33,280 bases of DNA from positions 1 through 33,280 of IMG/VR virus record IMGVR_UViG_2700989274_000006; one strand, 5' to 3'. The stretch comes from a virus (Duplodnaviria > Heunggongvirae > Uroviricota > Caudoviricetes). The notes below the pieces were generated by a model. It did not search any database, was not told the origin of the DNA, and was given only the letters and a program-made list of their open reading frames with translations. This document shows, one piece after another, positions 16,413 to 26,319 of this stretch (position 1 is its first letter; the number at the start of each line of letters is the position of its first letter). A program made the position numbers and the translations under genes.

Positions 16413-16611
16413 GGTAGAAAATATTACAAACCATATTCACTTTAGATGCCCGTGTTGCCATGGTTCTCAGTATAGAACATCATCTTTTGATGTTTCTGAC
16501 AGGAATCCTTTCGGGGCAAAATGTATCTTTTGTAAATCAATGATGATTACATTTGATAATATTTCACAATACTTAAATGTTAGCCGTCTATCGTTAGATT
16601 TAAGAAAGTGA
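16396..16611 (+). CDS. Possible small zinc-ribbon protein
   Basis: CPCCHG...(21 aa)...CIFC pairs of Cys; ATG at 16396 overlaps the csp 3' end; no clear RBS; ends 7 nt before a strong terminator. Confidence 0.25.
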   Translation: MLWHFEVENITNHIHFRCPCCHGSQYRTSSFDVSDRNPFGAKCIFCKSMMITFDNISQYLNVSRLSLDLRK

Positions 16612-16618
16612 AAATGAA

Positions 16619-16640
16619 GGCTCCTTCGGGAGCTTTTTTG
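16619..16640 (+). terminator. Rho-independent terminator (UUCG tetraloop)
   Basis: GGCTCC-TTCG-GGAGC followed by TTTTTT. Confidence 0.7.
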
Positions 16641-16723
16641 CTTAGTGTCTAGTCGATGGATACTCACATATTACGGTAACATTATGAAAAAAAATAATAG
16701 TTTTTTTTAACTCTGAACCAGCA

Positions 16724-16915
16724 ATGGTAGTGCCAGTGATGACCGGAGTTAACACCATCATGCGTGAATATCCAAATGGCGAAACAACACACCTCACTGT
16801 AATGGCTGCAGGGTTTCCATCTCTGACCGGAGATCATAAAGTCATTTATGTAGCAGCGGATCGACATGTAACTTCAGAAGAAATTCTGGAAGCAGCAATG
16901 AGACTCTTGAATTGA
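16724..16915 (+). CDS. Hypothetical small protein
   Basis: 63 aa ORF; no recognised motif. Confidence 0.3.
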   Translation: MVVPVMTGVNTIMREYPNGETTHLTVMAAGFPSLTGDHKVIYVAADRHVTSEEILEAAMRLLN

Positions 16916-17084
16916 TTTGATTCTAATGCATTGATAATAAATGATAATCATCTTTATCTGTTTGTGTGAAATTTAGACCGTCGTATGTTGATTATTGCGA
17001 TGTTTCATCTTATCTTTTATACGTTTGCTCCATATAATTGACACTACTGTGTACCAGGAAAGTCATAACAGACTAAAAGAGGAA

Positions 17085-17261
17085 ATGATGAACATTGAAG
17101 AGTTAAAAACAAAAACAGAAGCAGATATTTCTGAATATATAACAAAAAAAATCATTGAGCTTAAGAAAAAGACCGGGAAAGAAGTTACCAGTATCCAGTT
17201 TACTGCACGGGAAAAAATGACTGGTCTTGAAAGCTATGATATCAAGATTGATTTAATCTAG
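17085..17261 (+). CDS. GnsA/GnsB-family protein (prophage moron)
   Basis: MMNIEELKTKTEADISEYITKKIIELKKKTGKEVTSIQFTAREKMTGLESYDIKIDLI matches the Gns family; AAGAGGA upstream of the ATG at 17085. Confidence 0.7.
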   Translation: MMNIEELKTKTEADISEYITKKIIELKKKTGKEVTSIQFTAREKMTGLESYDIKIDLI

Positions 17262-17554
17262 TCTGTTTAGTATTAGCATCAATTTCTCATCAGATGCTAT
17301 TCAACAATACAAATTACCCATAAACCTCGTTTTTACGGGGTTTTGTTATATTTAAACATTACCGAATAGGTATAAATCTCGATTGTCGATGGTATTGGTT
17401 GTGTGACAATACCTAGTCTTTCCGGTATGCCTGAAGAGAATACAAACGACAGATTATGTAAGGGAAACGCGCTGAATCTTTAACTCTTTCATGCTGAGTG
17501 ATTTGACGTTATATTTTTAGCCGTAAGTGAAGAGCAAACGCATGGAGCGACAAA

Positions 17555-17761
17555 ATGCATAAAGATCAATACACTGATGCCCCCTCCCAGGAGCAGGTTC
17601 GTGTAAAAACTATGCTTAATAGCACCATTTCGATGGGTTACCCGGATGTTGTAATTGCATGTATAGAACATCAAGTGTCTCTGGAAGCATTCAGGGCAAT
17701 TGAGGCCGCGTTAGTAAAGCACGATAAGAATACGAAGGATTATTCCCTGGTGGTTGACTGA
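17555..17761 (+). CDS. Hypothetical small protein
   Basis: 68 aa ORF with GGAG 8 nt upstream of the ATG; no recognised motif. Confidence 0.4.
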   Translation: MHKDQYTDAPSQEQVRVKTMLNSTISMGYPDVVIACIEHQVSLEAFRAIEAALVKHDKNTKDYSLVVD

Positions 17762-18127
17762 TCACCATAACTGCTAACCATTCTGACCATTTCACAAGTG
17801 ACAGAGTCAATATCGTATTCTGTCACTGTCAGGCTAATACAGCAATGCAATTCAACTACAGCAATGCCTCGTATTTAGGTGAATTTACAATATCGTCCAG
17901 TTCGGATGCCGGCTGCATTTCTGAAGATAAGGCATTTCGGTTCTCGTATTTTCCCCTCATGCTCGTCAGTCCTGCGCGTAGTAAGAAACAGGACACTCAC
18001 ACTAATTTGTGTGGGCATGCTGTGATGTCCTTCTGAATTATCCCCATGCCATTATGTAAAGCTCTGTTTCAGATGCTCGTCACGGTTGTCAGGCTGTCGG
18101 GTCCTCCCAGTGGGGGTCCCTGCCACG

Positions 18128-18139
18128 GGGCGGGAGCGT
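18128..18139 (+). other. Candidate cosN cohesive-end site of the prophage
   Basis: acg-GGGCGGGAGCGT-cgcgg closely resembles lambda acg-GGGCGGCGACCT-cgcgg (9 of 12 positions, identical flanks); lies 196 nt upstream of the Nu1-like ATG at 18324, versus ~190 nt in lambda. Confidence 0.55.
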
Positions 18140-18323
18140 CGCGGAAAAAGGCTAGTTTTTGCATTTCCATGGCGGCGGCAGCATGTTTGGTAATTTATTG
18201 ATAATTAAAAGTTATTTCTCTTTTCAGCTGTACAATATTTTTTTCTCCCTGTCATTAGACTAGTTTGCAATTAATTGAAATATATAAATAAACCTGATTT
18301 TCACCTGCCAGATGGAGTTGCTT

Positions 18324-18851
18324 ATGTCAAATGTGAGCGGGATCGGTGATGCTTATTACTGGAGTGTTTTTAAAATCGCCGAGGCCTTTGGGCTTCACTG
18401 GGACACAGTAAAAAAACGGCTCCTCGCGGCCAACACTCCTGTGGCTGCGACTGTCAGGGGGAACCCCGTTTACGCCCTGCAGCATGTCGGGCCTGCCCTG
18501 TTTAGTGTGAAGCATGAGGCAGCAGACTCTGTTCATGATCCATCCCGTATGGAGCCGAAAGAGAGAAAGGACTGGTACCAGTCGGAAAATGAAAGGATCA
18601 AGCTGGAAAAGGAGCAGCGAAAACTCATCCCCGTTGATGAAGTAGTCATCGTCTATTCGTCCATGAGAAAGGCTGTCGTCCAGGTTCTGGAGACAATTCC
18701 GGATGTTCTTGAACGCGATTGCGCCCTGACTCCTCAGGCCGTTGGCGTTGTACAGCAGGCCATTGATGACCTGCGATACACTCTTCAGGAAAAATCCTAC
18801 GAGGCTTGTGCTGCTGAATTAATTCCTGATGAGGAAGGAGAGAGTCTCTAG
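18324..18851 (+). CDS. Terminase small subunit (Nu1-like)
   Basis: N-terminal winged-HTH-like pattern similar to lambda Nu1; immediately upstream of the large terminase; an alternative ATG at 18312 is in frame. Confidence 0.65.
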   Translation: MSNVSGIGDAYYWSVFKIAEAFGLHWDTVKKRLLAANTPVAATVRGNPVYALQHVGPALFSVKHEAADSVHDPSRMEPKERKDWYQSENERIKLEKEQRKLIPVDEVVIVYSSMRKAVVQVLETIPDVLERDCALTPQAVGVVQQAIDDLRYTLQEKSYEACAAELIPDEEGESL

Positions 18852-18859
18852 GAGGAATA

Positions 18860-20959
18860 ATGGGTTTTTCATCAGCCCGAAATTTGGGAAGGGACATATC
18901 GGCAGGATTTTCCCCACCACGTCGCATGCCGATTTCGGAGGCTGTTAAAAAATTCATGCGTGTTCCCAAGGGGGCTGGTAACTCGGTGCCATGGGATCCT
19001 GAACTGACACCCTACATCATTGAGCCCATGAACTGCCTGGCATCGCGTGAATACGATGCGGTGATTTTTGTTGGTCCTGCGCGAACAGGGAAGACCATTG
19101 GTCTGATCGATGGATGGATTGTCTATACCATCGTTTGCGATCCTTCGGACATGCTCGTTGTGCAGATGACCGAAGATAAGGCCCGCGAGCATTCAAAAAA
19201 GCGCCTCGACAGAACGTTCAGAAGCAGTGCGGCGGTAAAGAAAAGAATGAGTCCACGTCGTAATGACAATAATGTCCATGATAAGACGTTCAGGGATGGC
19301 TCGTTCCTTAAAATTGGTTGGCCCTCGGTCAACATTATGTCGTCGTCGGATTACCGGTTTGTCGCCTTAACCGATTACGACCGTTTTCCGGAGAATATCG
19401 ACAGCGAGGGTGATGGTTTCTCCCTGGCCTCAAAACGTACCACCACATTTATGTCCGCCGGGATGACTCTGGTGGAGAGCTCGCCGGGACGTGACATCTG
19501 CGACAGCAAATGGCGACGTAAGTCGCCTCATGAAGCGCCACCGACGACTGGTATTCTTTCCCTTTACAATCGTGGTGACCGCCGCCGCTGGTACTGGCCA
19601 TGTCCGCACTGCGGTGAATATTTTCAGCCAGCCATGGATGCCATGACCGGCTACCGTAATGAACCGGATCCCTTTAAAGCCAGTGAGGCGGCGTATCTAC
19701 TTTGCCCGCACTGCAGCGGCATTATCACGGCGGAGAAAAAGCGTGAGCTCAATAGTGCAGGAGTCTGGTTGCGTGAAGGTCAGGTCATTGATTGTAACGG
19801 CAACGTTTCCGGTGAACCGCGCCGCTCCCGTATCGCCAGTTTCTGGATGGAAGGGCCAGCTGCTGCGTATCAGACCTGGGCGCAACTGGTTTACAAATTA
19901 CTGACTGCAGAACAGGAGTATGAAGCGACAGGAAGTGAAGAAACACTCAGGGCGGTTATCAACACCGACTGGGGATTACCTTATCTTCCCCGCGCCAGCA
20001 TGGAGCAACGAAAAAGTGAACTGCTTGAGCAGCGGGCAGAGCCAGTTCCTTCCCGCAGTGTGCCGGATGGCGTTAATTTTCTTGTGGCGACAGTGGATGT
20101 GCAGGCGGGACGTCATCGCCGTTTTGTGGTTCAGGTAACGGGCTATGGCAGCCGTGGCGAACGCTGGATTATTGATCGTTACAACATCACGCAGTCATTG
20201 CGCGGTGACAGCGACGGGGAGAGCCAGCGAATTGATCCGGCCAGCTATCCGGAAGACTGGGATGTCCTGCTGACGGATGTTTTTCATAAAAGCTGGCCGC
20301 TGGCCTCCGATCCTTCTCAACAAATGCGACTGATGGCAATGGCGGTGGACTCCGGCGGTGAAGACGGGGTCACTGATAATGCCTATAAATTCTGGCGTCG
20401 TTGCCGTCGTGATGGCCTTGGTAAACGTATTTACCTGTTTAAGGGCGACAGCATCCGGCGCGCAAAACTGATCACCCGTACATTCCCTGATAACACCGGA
20501 CGAACGGGCCGACGGGCGCAGGCCGCAGGTGATGTGCCGCTCTGGCTTCTTCAGACGGATGCACTGAAAGACCGGGTGAATAACGCGTTATGGCGTGACT
20601 CGCCAGGTCCCGGCTATGTGCATTTCCCTGACTGGCTGGGGAGCTGGTTTTACGACGAACTGACGTATGAAGAGCGGAGCAGTGACGGGAAATGGAGTAA
20701 GCCGGGTCGCGGTGCCAACGAAGCTTTTGACCTGATGGTGTATGCCGAGGCTCTGGTCATTCTGCATGGATACGAAAAGATCCGCTGGCCGGATGCACCG
20801 GAGTGGGCGAGCCGGGAAACCTGGCTGGAGTGTGTCCCGGACAGTACCGAACCGTCATCCTCACCGGAACCGGTATCCACGCCTGTTAAAAAACAAAAAC
20901 GGAAGAAAACAGTAACTGACGATGTTAACCCCTGGCTGACTTCCGGAGGATGGTTATGA
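18860..20959 (+). CDS. Terminase large subunit (GpA family)
   Basis: 699 aa; AGGAGG RBS; GpA-family signature YWPCPHCGEYF (lambda ACPHCGEEQY); matching gene order. Confidence 0.9.
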   Translation: MGFSSARNLGRDISAGFSPPRRMPISEAVKKFMRVPKGAGNSVPWDPELTPYIIEPMNCLASREYDAVIFVGPARTGKTIGLIDGWIVYTIVCDPSDMLVVQMTEDKAREHSKKRLDRTFRSSAAVKKRMSPRRNDNNVHDKTFRDGSFLKIGWPSVNIMSSSDYRFVALTDYDRFPENIDSEGDGFSLASKRTTTFMSAGMTLVESSPGRDICDSKWRRKSPHEAPPTTGILSLYNRGDRRRWYWPCPHCGEYFQPAMDAMTGYRNEPDPFKASEAAYLLCPHCSGIITAEKKRELNSAGVWLREGQVIDCNGNVSGEPRRSRIASFWMEGPAAAYQTWAQLVYKLLTAEQEYEATGSEETLRAVINTDWGLPYLPRASMEQRKSELLEQRAEPVPSRSVPDGVNFLVATVDVQAGRHRRFVVQVTGYGSRGERWIIDRYNITQSLRGDSDGESQRIDPASYPEDWDVLLTDVFHKSWPLASDPSQQMRLMAMAVDSGGEDGVTDNAYKFWRRCRRDGLGKRIYLFKGDSIRRAKLITRTFPDNTGRTGRRAQAAGDVPLWLLQTDALKDRVNNALWRDSPGPGYVHFPDWLGSWFYDELTYEERSSDGKWSKPGRGANEAFDLMVYAEALVILHGYEKIRWPDAPEWASRETWLECVPDSTEPSSSPEPVSTPVKKQKRKKTVTDDVNPWLTSGGWL

Positions 20960-21168
20960 ACCAGAATGATATCGAAGCCATGATTCAGCGTTATACGGAA
21001 GCTGAAATGGCGGTGCTGGACGGAAAATCCGTCACCTTTAATGGTCAGCAGATGACCATGGAAAACTTATCTGAGATCCGGCAGGGACGGCAGGAGTGGG
21101 AGCGCCGCCTTGCGGCTCTGATTACACGACGACGGGGGCATCCCGGGTATCGGCTGGCGAGGTTCTGA
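20956..21168 (+). CDS. Head-tail joining protein (lambda W-like)
   Basis: 70 aa; GGAGGA RBS; size, position and C-terminal RRRG motif resemble lambda gpW. Confidence 0.65.
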   Translation: MNQNDIEAMIQRYTEAEMAVLDGKSVTFNGQQMTMENLSEIRQGRQEWERRLAALITRRRGHPGYRLARF

Positions 21169-22676
21169 TGGCAATTCTTGATGATGTGATTGGCGTTTTT
21201 TCACCAGGATGGAAAGCGGCAAGGCTGCGTTCCCGTGCGGTGATCCAGGCTTATGAGGCCGTAAAAACGACGCGGACACACAAAGCCCGACGGGAGAACC
21301 GAACTGCCGACCAGTTAAGCCAGTACGGGGCCGTGTCGTTACGTGAGCAGGCCCGTTACCTTGATAACAACCACGATCTGGTTATTGGTGTATTTGACAA
21401 GCTGGAAGAACGGGTGGTGGGGAAAAACGGGATTATTGTCGAGCCACATCCGGTATTACGCAATGGGGCCATTGCCCGTGACCTGGCTGCGGAGATTCGC
21501 ACCCGATGGAGTGAATGGTCTGTCAGCCCGGAAGTCACCGGGCAGTTTACCCGTCCGATGCTGGAACGTCTGATGCTTCGTACCTGGCTGCGCGATGGTG
21601 AGGTGTTTGCCCAGATGGTTTCCGGGCGCATAAACAGCCTGACGCCTTCTGCCGGTGTTCATTTCTGGCTGGAGGCGCTCGAGCCGGACTTTATTCCCAT
21701 GACCAGTGATGAGAGCAACAGGCTGAATCAGGGCGTGTTTGTTGATGACTGGGGGCGTCCCGAAAAATATCTGGTGTATAAAAGCCGTCCCGTATCCGGA
21801 CGGCAGATGGAAACCAAAGAAGTGGATGCAGAGCGAATGCTGCATCTTAAATTTGTTCGCCGTCTGCACCAGATGCGCGGGACGTCTTTATTGTCCGGTG
21901 TGCTGATCCGCCTCAGTGCTCTGAAAGAGTATGAAGATTCTGAGCTGACTGCAGCAAGGATCGCCGCTGCTCTGGGGATGTACATCCGGAAAGGCGACGG
22001 GCAGAGCTATGAAGCGGATGGTAATGGCAGCAAGGATAAGGAACGCGAGCTTACCATTCAGCCAGGCATTATTTACGATGATCTGAAACCCGGCGAAGAA
22101 ATCGGAATGGTGAAGTCGGATCGCCCCAATCCTAACCTTGAAACTTTTCGTAATGGTCAGTTGCGTGCCGTGGCGGCGGGCAGTCGTCTGAGTTTTTCCA
22201 GTACAGCGCGCAACTATAACGGCACTTACAGCGCCCAGCGTCAGGAGCTGGTTGAATCCACTGATGGCTACCTGATCCTGCAGGACTGGTTTATTGGTGC
22301 CGTCACCCGTCCGATGTATCGTGCCTGGCTGAAACAGGCTGTGGCATCCGGTGTTATCAGGCTACCCCGCGATCTTGACCGTTCTTCACTGTATACCGCG
22401 GTGTATTCCGGACCGGTGATGCCGTGGATTGACCCTGTTAAGGAGGCTGAGGCCTGGAAAATCCAGATTCGTGGTGGAGCGGCGACAGAATCAGACTGGG
22501 TACGTGCTGGTGGTCGTAATCCGGATGATGTCAAACGTCGGCGCAAGGCCGAAATTGATGAAAACCGCAAGCTGGATCTGGTATTTGATACCGATCCGGC
22601 CAGTGATAAAGGAGGCAGCAGTGCCGCAACGAAACGACATGAGCCGCAGCACACCGACGACCAGTCCGAAGAATAA
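21168..22676 (+). CDS. Portal protein (lambda B-like)
   Basis: ~502 aa; ATG overlaps the W stop (ATGA); position between W and the prohead protease; the longest ORF begins at 21096. Confidence 0.8.
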   Translation: MAILDDVIGVFSPGWKAARLRSRAVIQAYEAVKTTRTHKARRENRTADQLSQYGAVSLREQARYLDNNHDLVIGVFDKLEERVVGKNGIIVEPHPVLRNGAIARDLAAEIRTRWSEWSVSPEVTGQFTRPMLERLMLRTWLRDGEVFAQMVSGRINSLTPSAGVHFWLEALEPDFIPMTSDESNRLNQGVFVDDWGRPEKYLVYKSRPVSGRQMETKEVDAERMLHLKFVRRLHQMRGTSLLSGVLIRLSALKEYEDSELTAARIAAALGMYIRKGDGQSYEADGNGSKDKERELTIQPGIIYDDLKPGEEIGMVKSDRPNPNLETFRNGQLRAVAAGSRLSFSSTARNYNGTYSAQRQELVESTDGYLILQDWFIGAVTRPMYRAWLKQAVASGVIRLPRDLDRSSLYTAVYSGPVMPWIDPVKEAEAWKIQIRGGAATESDWVRAGGRNPDDVKRRRKAEIDENRKLDLVFDTDPASDKGGSSAATKRHEPQHTDDQSEE

Positions 22677-24648
22677 TTCCTGGTTCAGGATGCAGGCTGG
22701 TCACCAGAGTGACGCGGATATTTATATTTATGACGAGATTGGTTTCTGGGGTGTTACAGCGAAGCAGTTTATCAGTGATCTGAATGCACTGGGCGATATC
22801 ACCCACATTAATCTCCATATTAATTCACCGGGTGGCGATGTCTTTGAAGGCATCGCCATTTTTAATGCGCTGAAAACACATGGTGCGTCCATTACCGTTT
22901 ATGTCGACGGTGTGGCGGCGTCAATGGCGTCGGTCATTGCGATGGTGGGAAACCCGGTCATTATGCCGGAAAACACCTTCATGATGATTCATAAACCATT
23001 TGGCTTTACGGGCGGTGATGCGGAGGACATGCGCACCTATGCCGACCTGCTCGATAAAGTTGAGGCGGTTCTGTTACCCGCTTATGCACAGAAAACCGGG
23101 AAAACCACCGATGAAATTGCTGCCATGCTGGCGGATGAGACCTGGATGTCCGGTGCCGAATGTCTGGCACATGGATTTGCTGATCAGGTAACGCCAGCCG
23201 TTAAGGCAATGGCATGTATTCAGTCAAAACGTACAGAGGAATTTAAAAAGATGCCGGAATCCATTCGAAACATGATTACTCCGCCACGCAACAGTGCTCC
23301 ACGCGTACAGGATAATGAACCTGAAGCCTCCCGGACGCCAGTGCAGGCAGCAGCACCCGTGGTGGATGAAAACAGCATCCGTGCGCAGGTACTGGCAGAG
23401 CAAAAAGCGCGTGTAAACGGTATTAATGATCTGTTTGCCATGTTTGGCGGGCGTTATCAGACGCTGCAGGCTCAGTGTCTTGCCGATCCTGAATGTTCGC
23501 TGGAGCAGGCCCGCGAAAAGCTGTTGAACGAGATGGGGCGCGAGTCCACGCCATCCAATAAAAATACCCCGGCTCATATTTATGCCGGTAACGGTAATTT
23601 TGTGGGGGACGGGATCCGCCAGGCGCTGATGGCGCGTGCCGGATTTGAAAAAACCGAACGTGATAATGTCTACAACGGGATGACCCTGCGTGAATATGCC
23701 CGTATGTCACTGACTGAACGGGGTATTGGGGTTTCCAGTTATAACCCGATGCAGATGGTCGGTGCGGCGTTCACACACAGTACGTCTGACTTCGGTAATA
23801 TTCTGCTGGATGTTGCGAACAAAGCCATTCTGCAGGGCTGGGAAGATGCCCCTGAAACCTATGAACAGTGGACGCGGAAAGGTCAGTTGTCTGATTTTAA
23901 AATTGCCCATCGTGTGGGTATGGGTGGCTTCAGTGCTCTGCGTCAGGTGCGTGAAGGGGCGGAATATAAATACGTCACCACCGGAGATAAACAGGCCACT
24001 ATTGCACTGGCGACCTATGGCGAGCTGTTCAGTATCACCCGTCAGGCCATTATCAATGATGATCTGAATATGCTGACCGATGTCCCGATGAAACTGGGCC
24101 GTGCGGCGAAATCCACTATTGCCGATCTGGTTTATGCCATTCTGACGTCTAACCCGAAAATCTCCACAGATAATGTAAGTCTGTTCGATAAAGCGAAACA
24201 TGCAAACGTACTGGAGAGCGCTGCAATGGACGTGGCATCGCTGGATAAAGCCCGCCAGTTGATGCGCGTTCAGAAAGAGGGGGAGCGTCATCTGAATATT
24301 CGTCCTGCGTTCGTACTGGTACCGACGGCGATGGAGTCTGTTGCTAACCAGGTCATTCGCTCCTCAAGTGTCAAGGGGGCTGACATTAACGCCGGTATTA
24401 TTAACCCGGTGAAAGATTTTGCGACCGTTATTGCAGAGCCTCGTCTTGATGATAACAGCCAGACCACCTTCTACCTGGCTGCGTCAAAAGGCTCCGATAC
24501 GATTGAAGTGGCTTATCTCAACGGTGTGGATACGCCATATATTGATCAGATGGAGGGCTTCAGTGTGGATGGCGTGACAACGAAAGTGCGTATTGACGCC
24601 GGTGTCGCGCCAGTTGATCACCGCGGTCTGGTGAAATGTACGGCGTAA
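22639..24648 (+). CDS. Prohead protease (ClpP/S49-like) fused to major capsid protein
   Basis: N-terminal protease motifs HINSPGGDVFEGIAIFNAL and GVAASMASVIAM; C-terminal ~330 aa resembles Mu gpT-type major head subunits; start uncertain (22639 or 22690). Confidence 0.7.
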   Translation: MSRSTPTTSPKNNSWFRMQAGHQSDADIYIYDEIGFWGVTAKQFISDLNALGDITHINLHINSPGGDVFEGIAIFNALKTHGASITVYVDGVAASMASVIAMVGNPVIMPENTFMMIHKPFGFTGGDAEDMRTYADLLDKVEAVLLPAYAQKTGKTTDEIAAMLADETWMSGAECLAHGFADQVTPAVKAMACIQSKRTEEFKKMPESIRNMITPPRNSAPRVQDNEPEASRTPVQAAAPVVDENSIRAQVLAEQKARVNGINDLFAMFGGRYQTLQAQCLADPECSLEQAREKLLNEMGRESTPSNKNTPAHIYAGNGNFVGDGIRQALMARAGFEKTERDNVYNGMTLREYARMSLTERGIGVSSYNPMQMVGAAFTHSTSDFGNILLDVANKAILQGWEDAPETYEQWTRKGQLSDFKIAHRVGMGGFSALRQVREGAEYKYVTTGDKQATIALATYGELFSITRQAIINDDLNMLTDVPMKLGRAAKSTIADLVYAILTSNPKISTDNVSLFDKAKHANVLESAAMDVASLDKARQLMRVQKEGERHLNIRPAFVLVPTAMESVANQVIRSSSVKGADINAGIINPVKDFATVIAEPRLDDNSQTTFYLAASKGSDTIEVAYLNGVDTPYIDQMEGFSVDGVTTKVRIDAGVAPVDHRGLVKCTA

Positions 24649-24671
24649 ACGTCGCAGACAACAACTCTGAT

Positions 24672-24691
24672 GGCCCGTAAGGGCTTTTTTT
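24672..24691 (+). terminator. Weak intrinsic terminator after the capsid gene
   Basis: GGCCC-GTAA-GGGCT followed by a T7 run; short stem. Confidence 0.4.
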
Positions 24692-24734
24692 GTACCTGAA
24701 ATCAGCCCCTGAACGGGGCTGTGCGGAGACAGTT

Positions 24735-25058
24735 ATGGCAAAGAATTTTGTAGAAGAAGGAAAAACGGTGGCGATTGTTGCCAGTGCAGCCATCAGCAGC
24801 GGAGATCTGGTGCAGGTGGGTGATGTTTTTGCGGTGGCGCTGACCGATATTCCACAGGGTGAAACAGGCGACGGCATGACCGAAGGTGTGTTTATCCTGC
24901 CTAAACTGAAAACGGATGACATGAAAACGGGTAAGAAGGTTTATCTGAAGTCCGGAAAAGTTCAGCTGACTAACAGCGGCTCTGATCCGCTGGTCGGGGT
25001 TGTCTGGGCAGATGCCGGAACCAGTGCAGAAGAAGTGCCGGTAAAACTCAATGTCTGA
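24735..25058 (+). CDS. Putative head accessory/decoration protein
   Basis: 108 aa ORF directly after the capsid gene; assignment is by position and a vague recollection of a DUF2190-type family only. Confidence 0.35.
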   Translation: MAKNFVEEGKTVAIVASAAISSGDLVQVGDVFAVALTDIPQGETGDGMTEGVFILPKLKTDDMKTGKKVYLKSGKVQLTNSGSDPLVGVVWADAGTSAEEVPVKLNV

Positions 25059-25326
25059 TCCCTTTTCCCGGCTGGCAGCGCGTATGGATGCGATCACGGT
25101 CAGAAAGATGGGAAAGACAGCCTCGATTAATGATGTCGATATGGCTGTGATCCCGGGCGAAACACTGGCAGAGCTGAATGCTCTGTCCGGACCTGCGGTC
25201 TCTCTGGTGGTGTTTTCTTCGGGATACCGCCCACGGCGCGGGGATCGCGTTGTTTATGACGGACAACAATGGACGGTCACACGGCATGAACGTTTTAACG
25301 GTAAGCCAATGATCTTTATTGAGTAA
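25051..25326 (+). CDS. Head-tail attachment protein (lambda FII-like)
   Basis: 91 aa; F..L.A, MGK.A.I and RRGD...W.V pattern resembles lambda gpFII; located before Z. Confidence 0.5.
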   Translation: MSDPFSRLAARMDAITVRKMGKTASINDVDMAVIPGETLAELNALSGPAVSLVVFSSGYRPRRGDRVVYDGQQWTVTRHERFNGKPMIFIE

Positions 25327-25337
25327 AGAGGTGTGGG

Positions 25338-25916
25338 ATGAAGGGGCTTGAGAATGCCATCCGCAATCTGAACAGCCTTGATACCCGTATGGTGCCACAG
25401 GCCAGCGCATGGGCGATAAACCGTGTGGCACAGAAAGCGGTCTCGGTTGCCACCCGGCAGGTTGCCGGGAATACCGTTGCGGGAGATAACCAGGTGAAAG
25501 GGATCCCCCTGAAACTGGTACGTCAGCGTGTCCGGGTGTTTAAAGCCAGTCCGTCAGGAAAAATGACGGCCAGGATCCGCGTTAACCGGGGCAATCTGCC
25601 CGCCATTAAGCTGGGGACAGCCCGGGTCAGACTGGCCCGGCGTGGTGGAAAACTGCAGTACCGTGGCAGTGTGCTGAAGGTGGGTAAATATCTTTTCCGG
25701 GATGCGTTTATTCAGCAACTGGCGAATGGTCGCTGGCATGTGATGCGGCGTATTGATGGCAAAAATCGTTACCCCATTGATGTGGTGAAAATCCCGCTTT
25801 CCGGACCGCTGACACAGGCATTTGAAGATGCCCGCGACCGCATCATTGCTGCGGAAATGCCGAAACAGCTGGGGTATGCACTGAAACAACAACTGAGGTT
25901 ATGGCTGACCCGATGA
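25338..25916 (+). CDS. Tail completion protein (lambda Z-like)
   Basis: 192 aa, the same length as lambda gpZ, and immediately upstream of a clear gpU homolog. Confidence 0.6.
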   Translation: MKGLENAIRNLNSLDTRMVPQASAWAINRVAQKAVSVATRQVAGNTVAGDNQVKGIPLKLVRQRVRVFKASPSGKMTARIRVNRGNLPAIKLGTARVRLARRGGKLQYRGSVLKVGKYLFRDAFIQQLANGRWHVMRRIDGKNRYPIDVVKIPLSGPLTQAFEDARDRIIAAEMPKQLGYALKQQLRLWLTR

Positions 25917-26314
25917 ACCGACATACACAAATCCGCCAGGCCGTACTGGCACGCCTTCGGGAACAGTGTGGAGACAGCGCCACGTTTTTTGACGGGCTTC
26001 CGGCATTTATTGATGCGCAGGAACTGCCTGCCGTGGCGGTGTGGCTGAGTGATGCTCAGTACACCGGAAAAATGACGGATGAAGATGACTGGCAGGCTGT
26101 TCTGCATATTGCTGTCTTCATCCGGGCACAGGCACCGGATTCAGAGCTGGATATGTGGATGGAGAGCACCATTTTCCCGGCTCTGAATGATATACCGGCA
26201 CTTTCCGGACTCATCGACACCCTGATCCCTCTCGGTTTTAACTATCAACGTGATAATGAGATGGCCACCTGGGCGATGGCGGAAATCACGTACCAGATCA
26301 CGTACACGAATTAA
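25913..26314 (+). CDS. U: Tail terminator protein U
   Basis: Strong similarity to lambda gpU: ATFFDG, PAVAVWLSDAQYTGK, PDSELDMWMES, DIPALSGLI, ITYQITY; start at 25913 overlaps the Z stop (ATGA). Confidence 0.9.
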   Translation: MNRHTQIRQAVLARLREQCGDSATFFDGLPAFIDAQELPAVAVWLSDAQYTGKMTDEDDWQAVLHIAVFIRAQAPDSELDMWMESTIFPALNDIPALSGLIDTLIPLGFNYQRDNEMATWAMAEITYQITYTN

Positions 26315-26319
26315 AGGAG

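Noticed and set aside
23220-24291. Minus-strand ORFs of 73-194 aa within the capsid gene
   Set aside because: Antisense to the protease-capsid ORF; Cys/Arg-rich nonsense-like composition.
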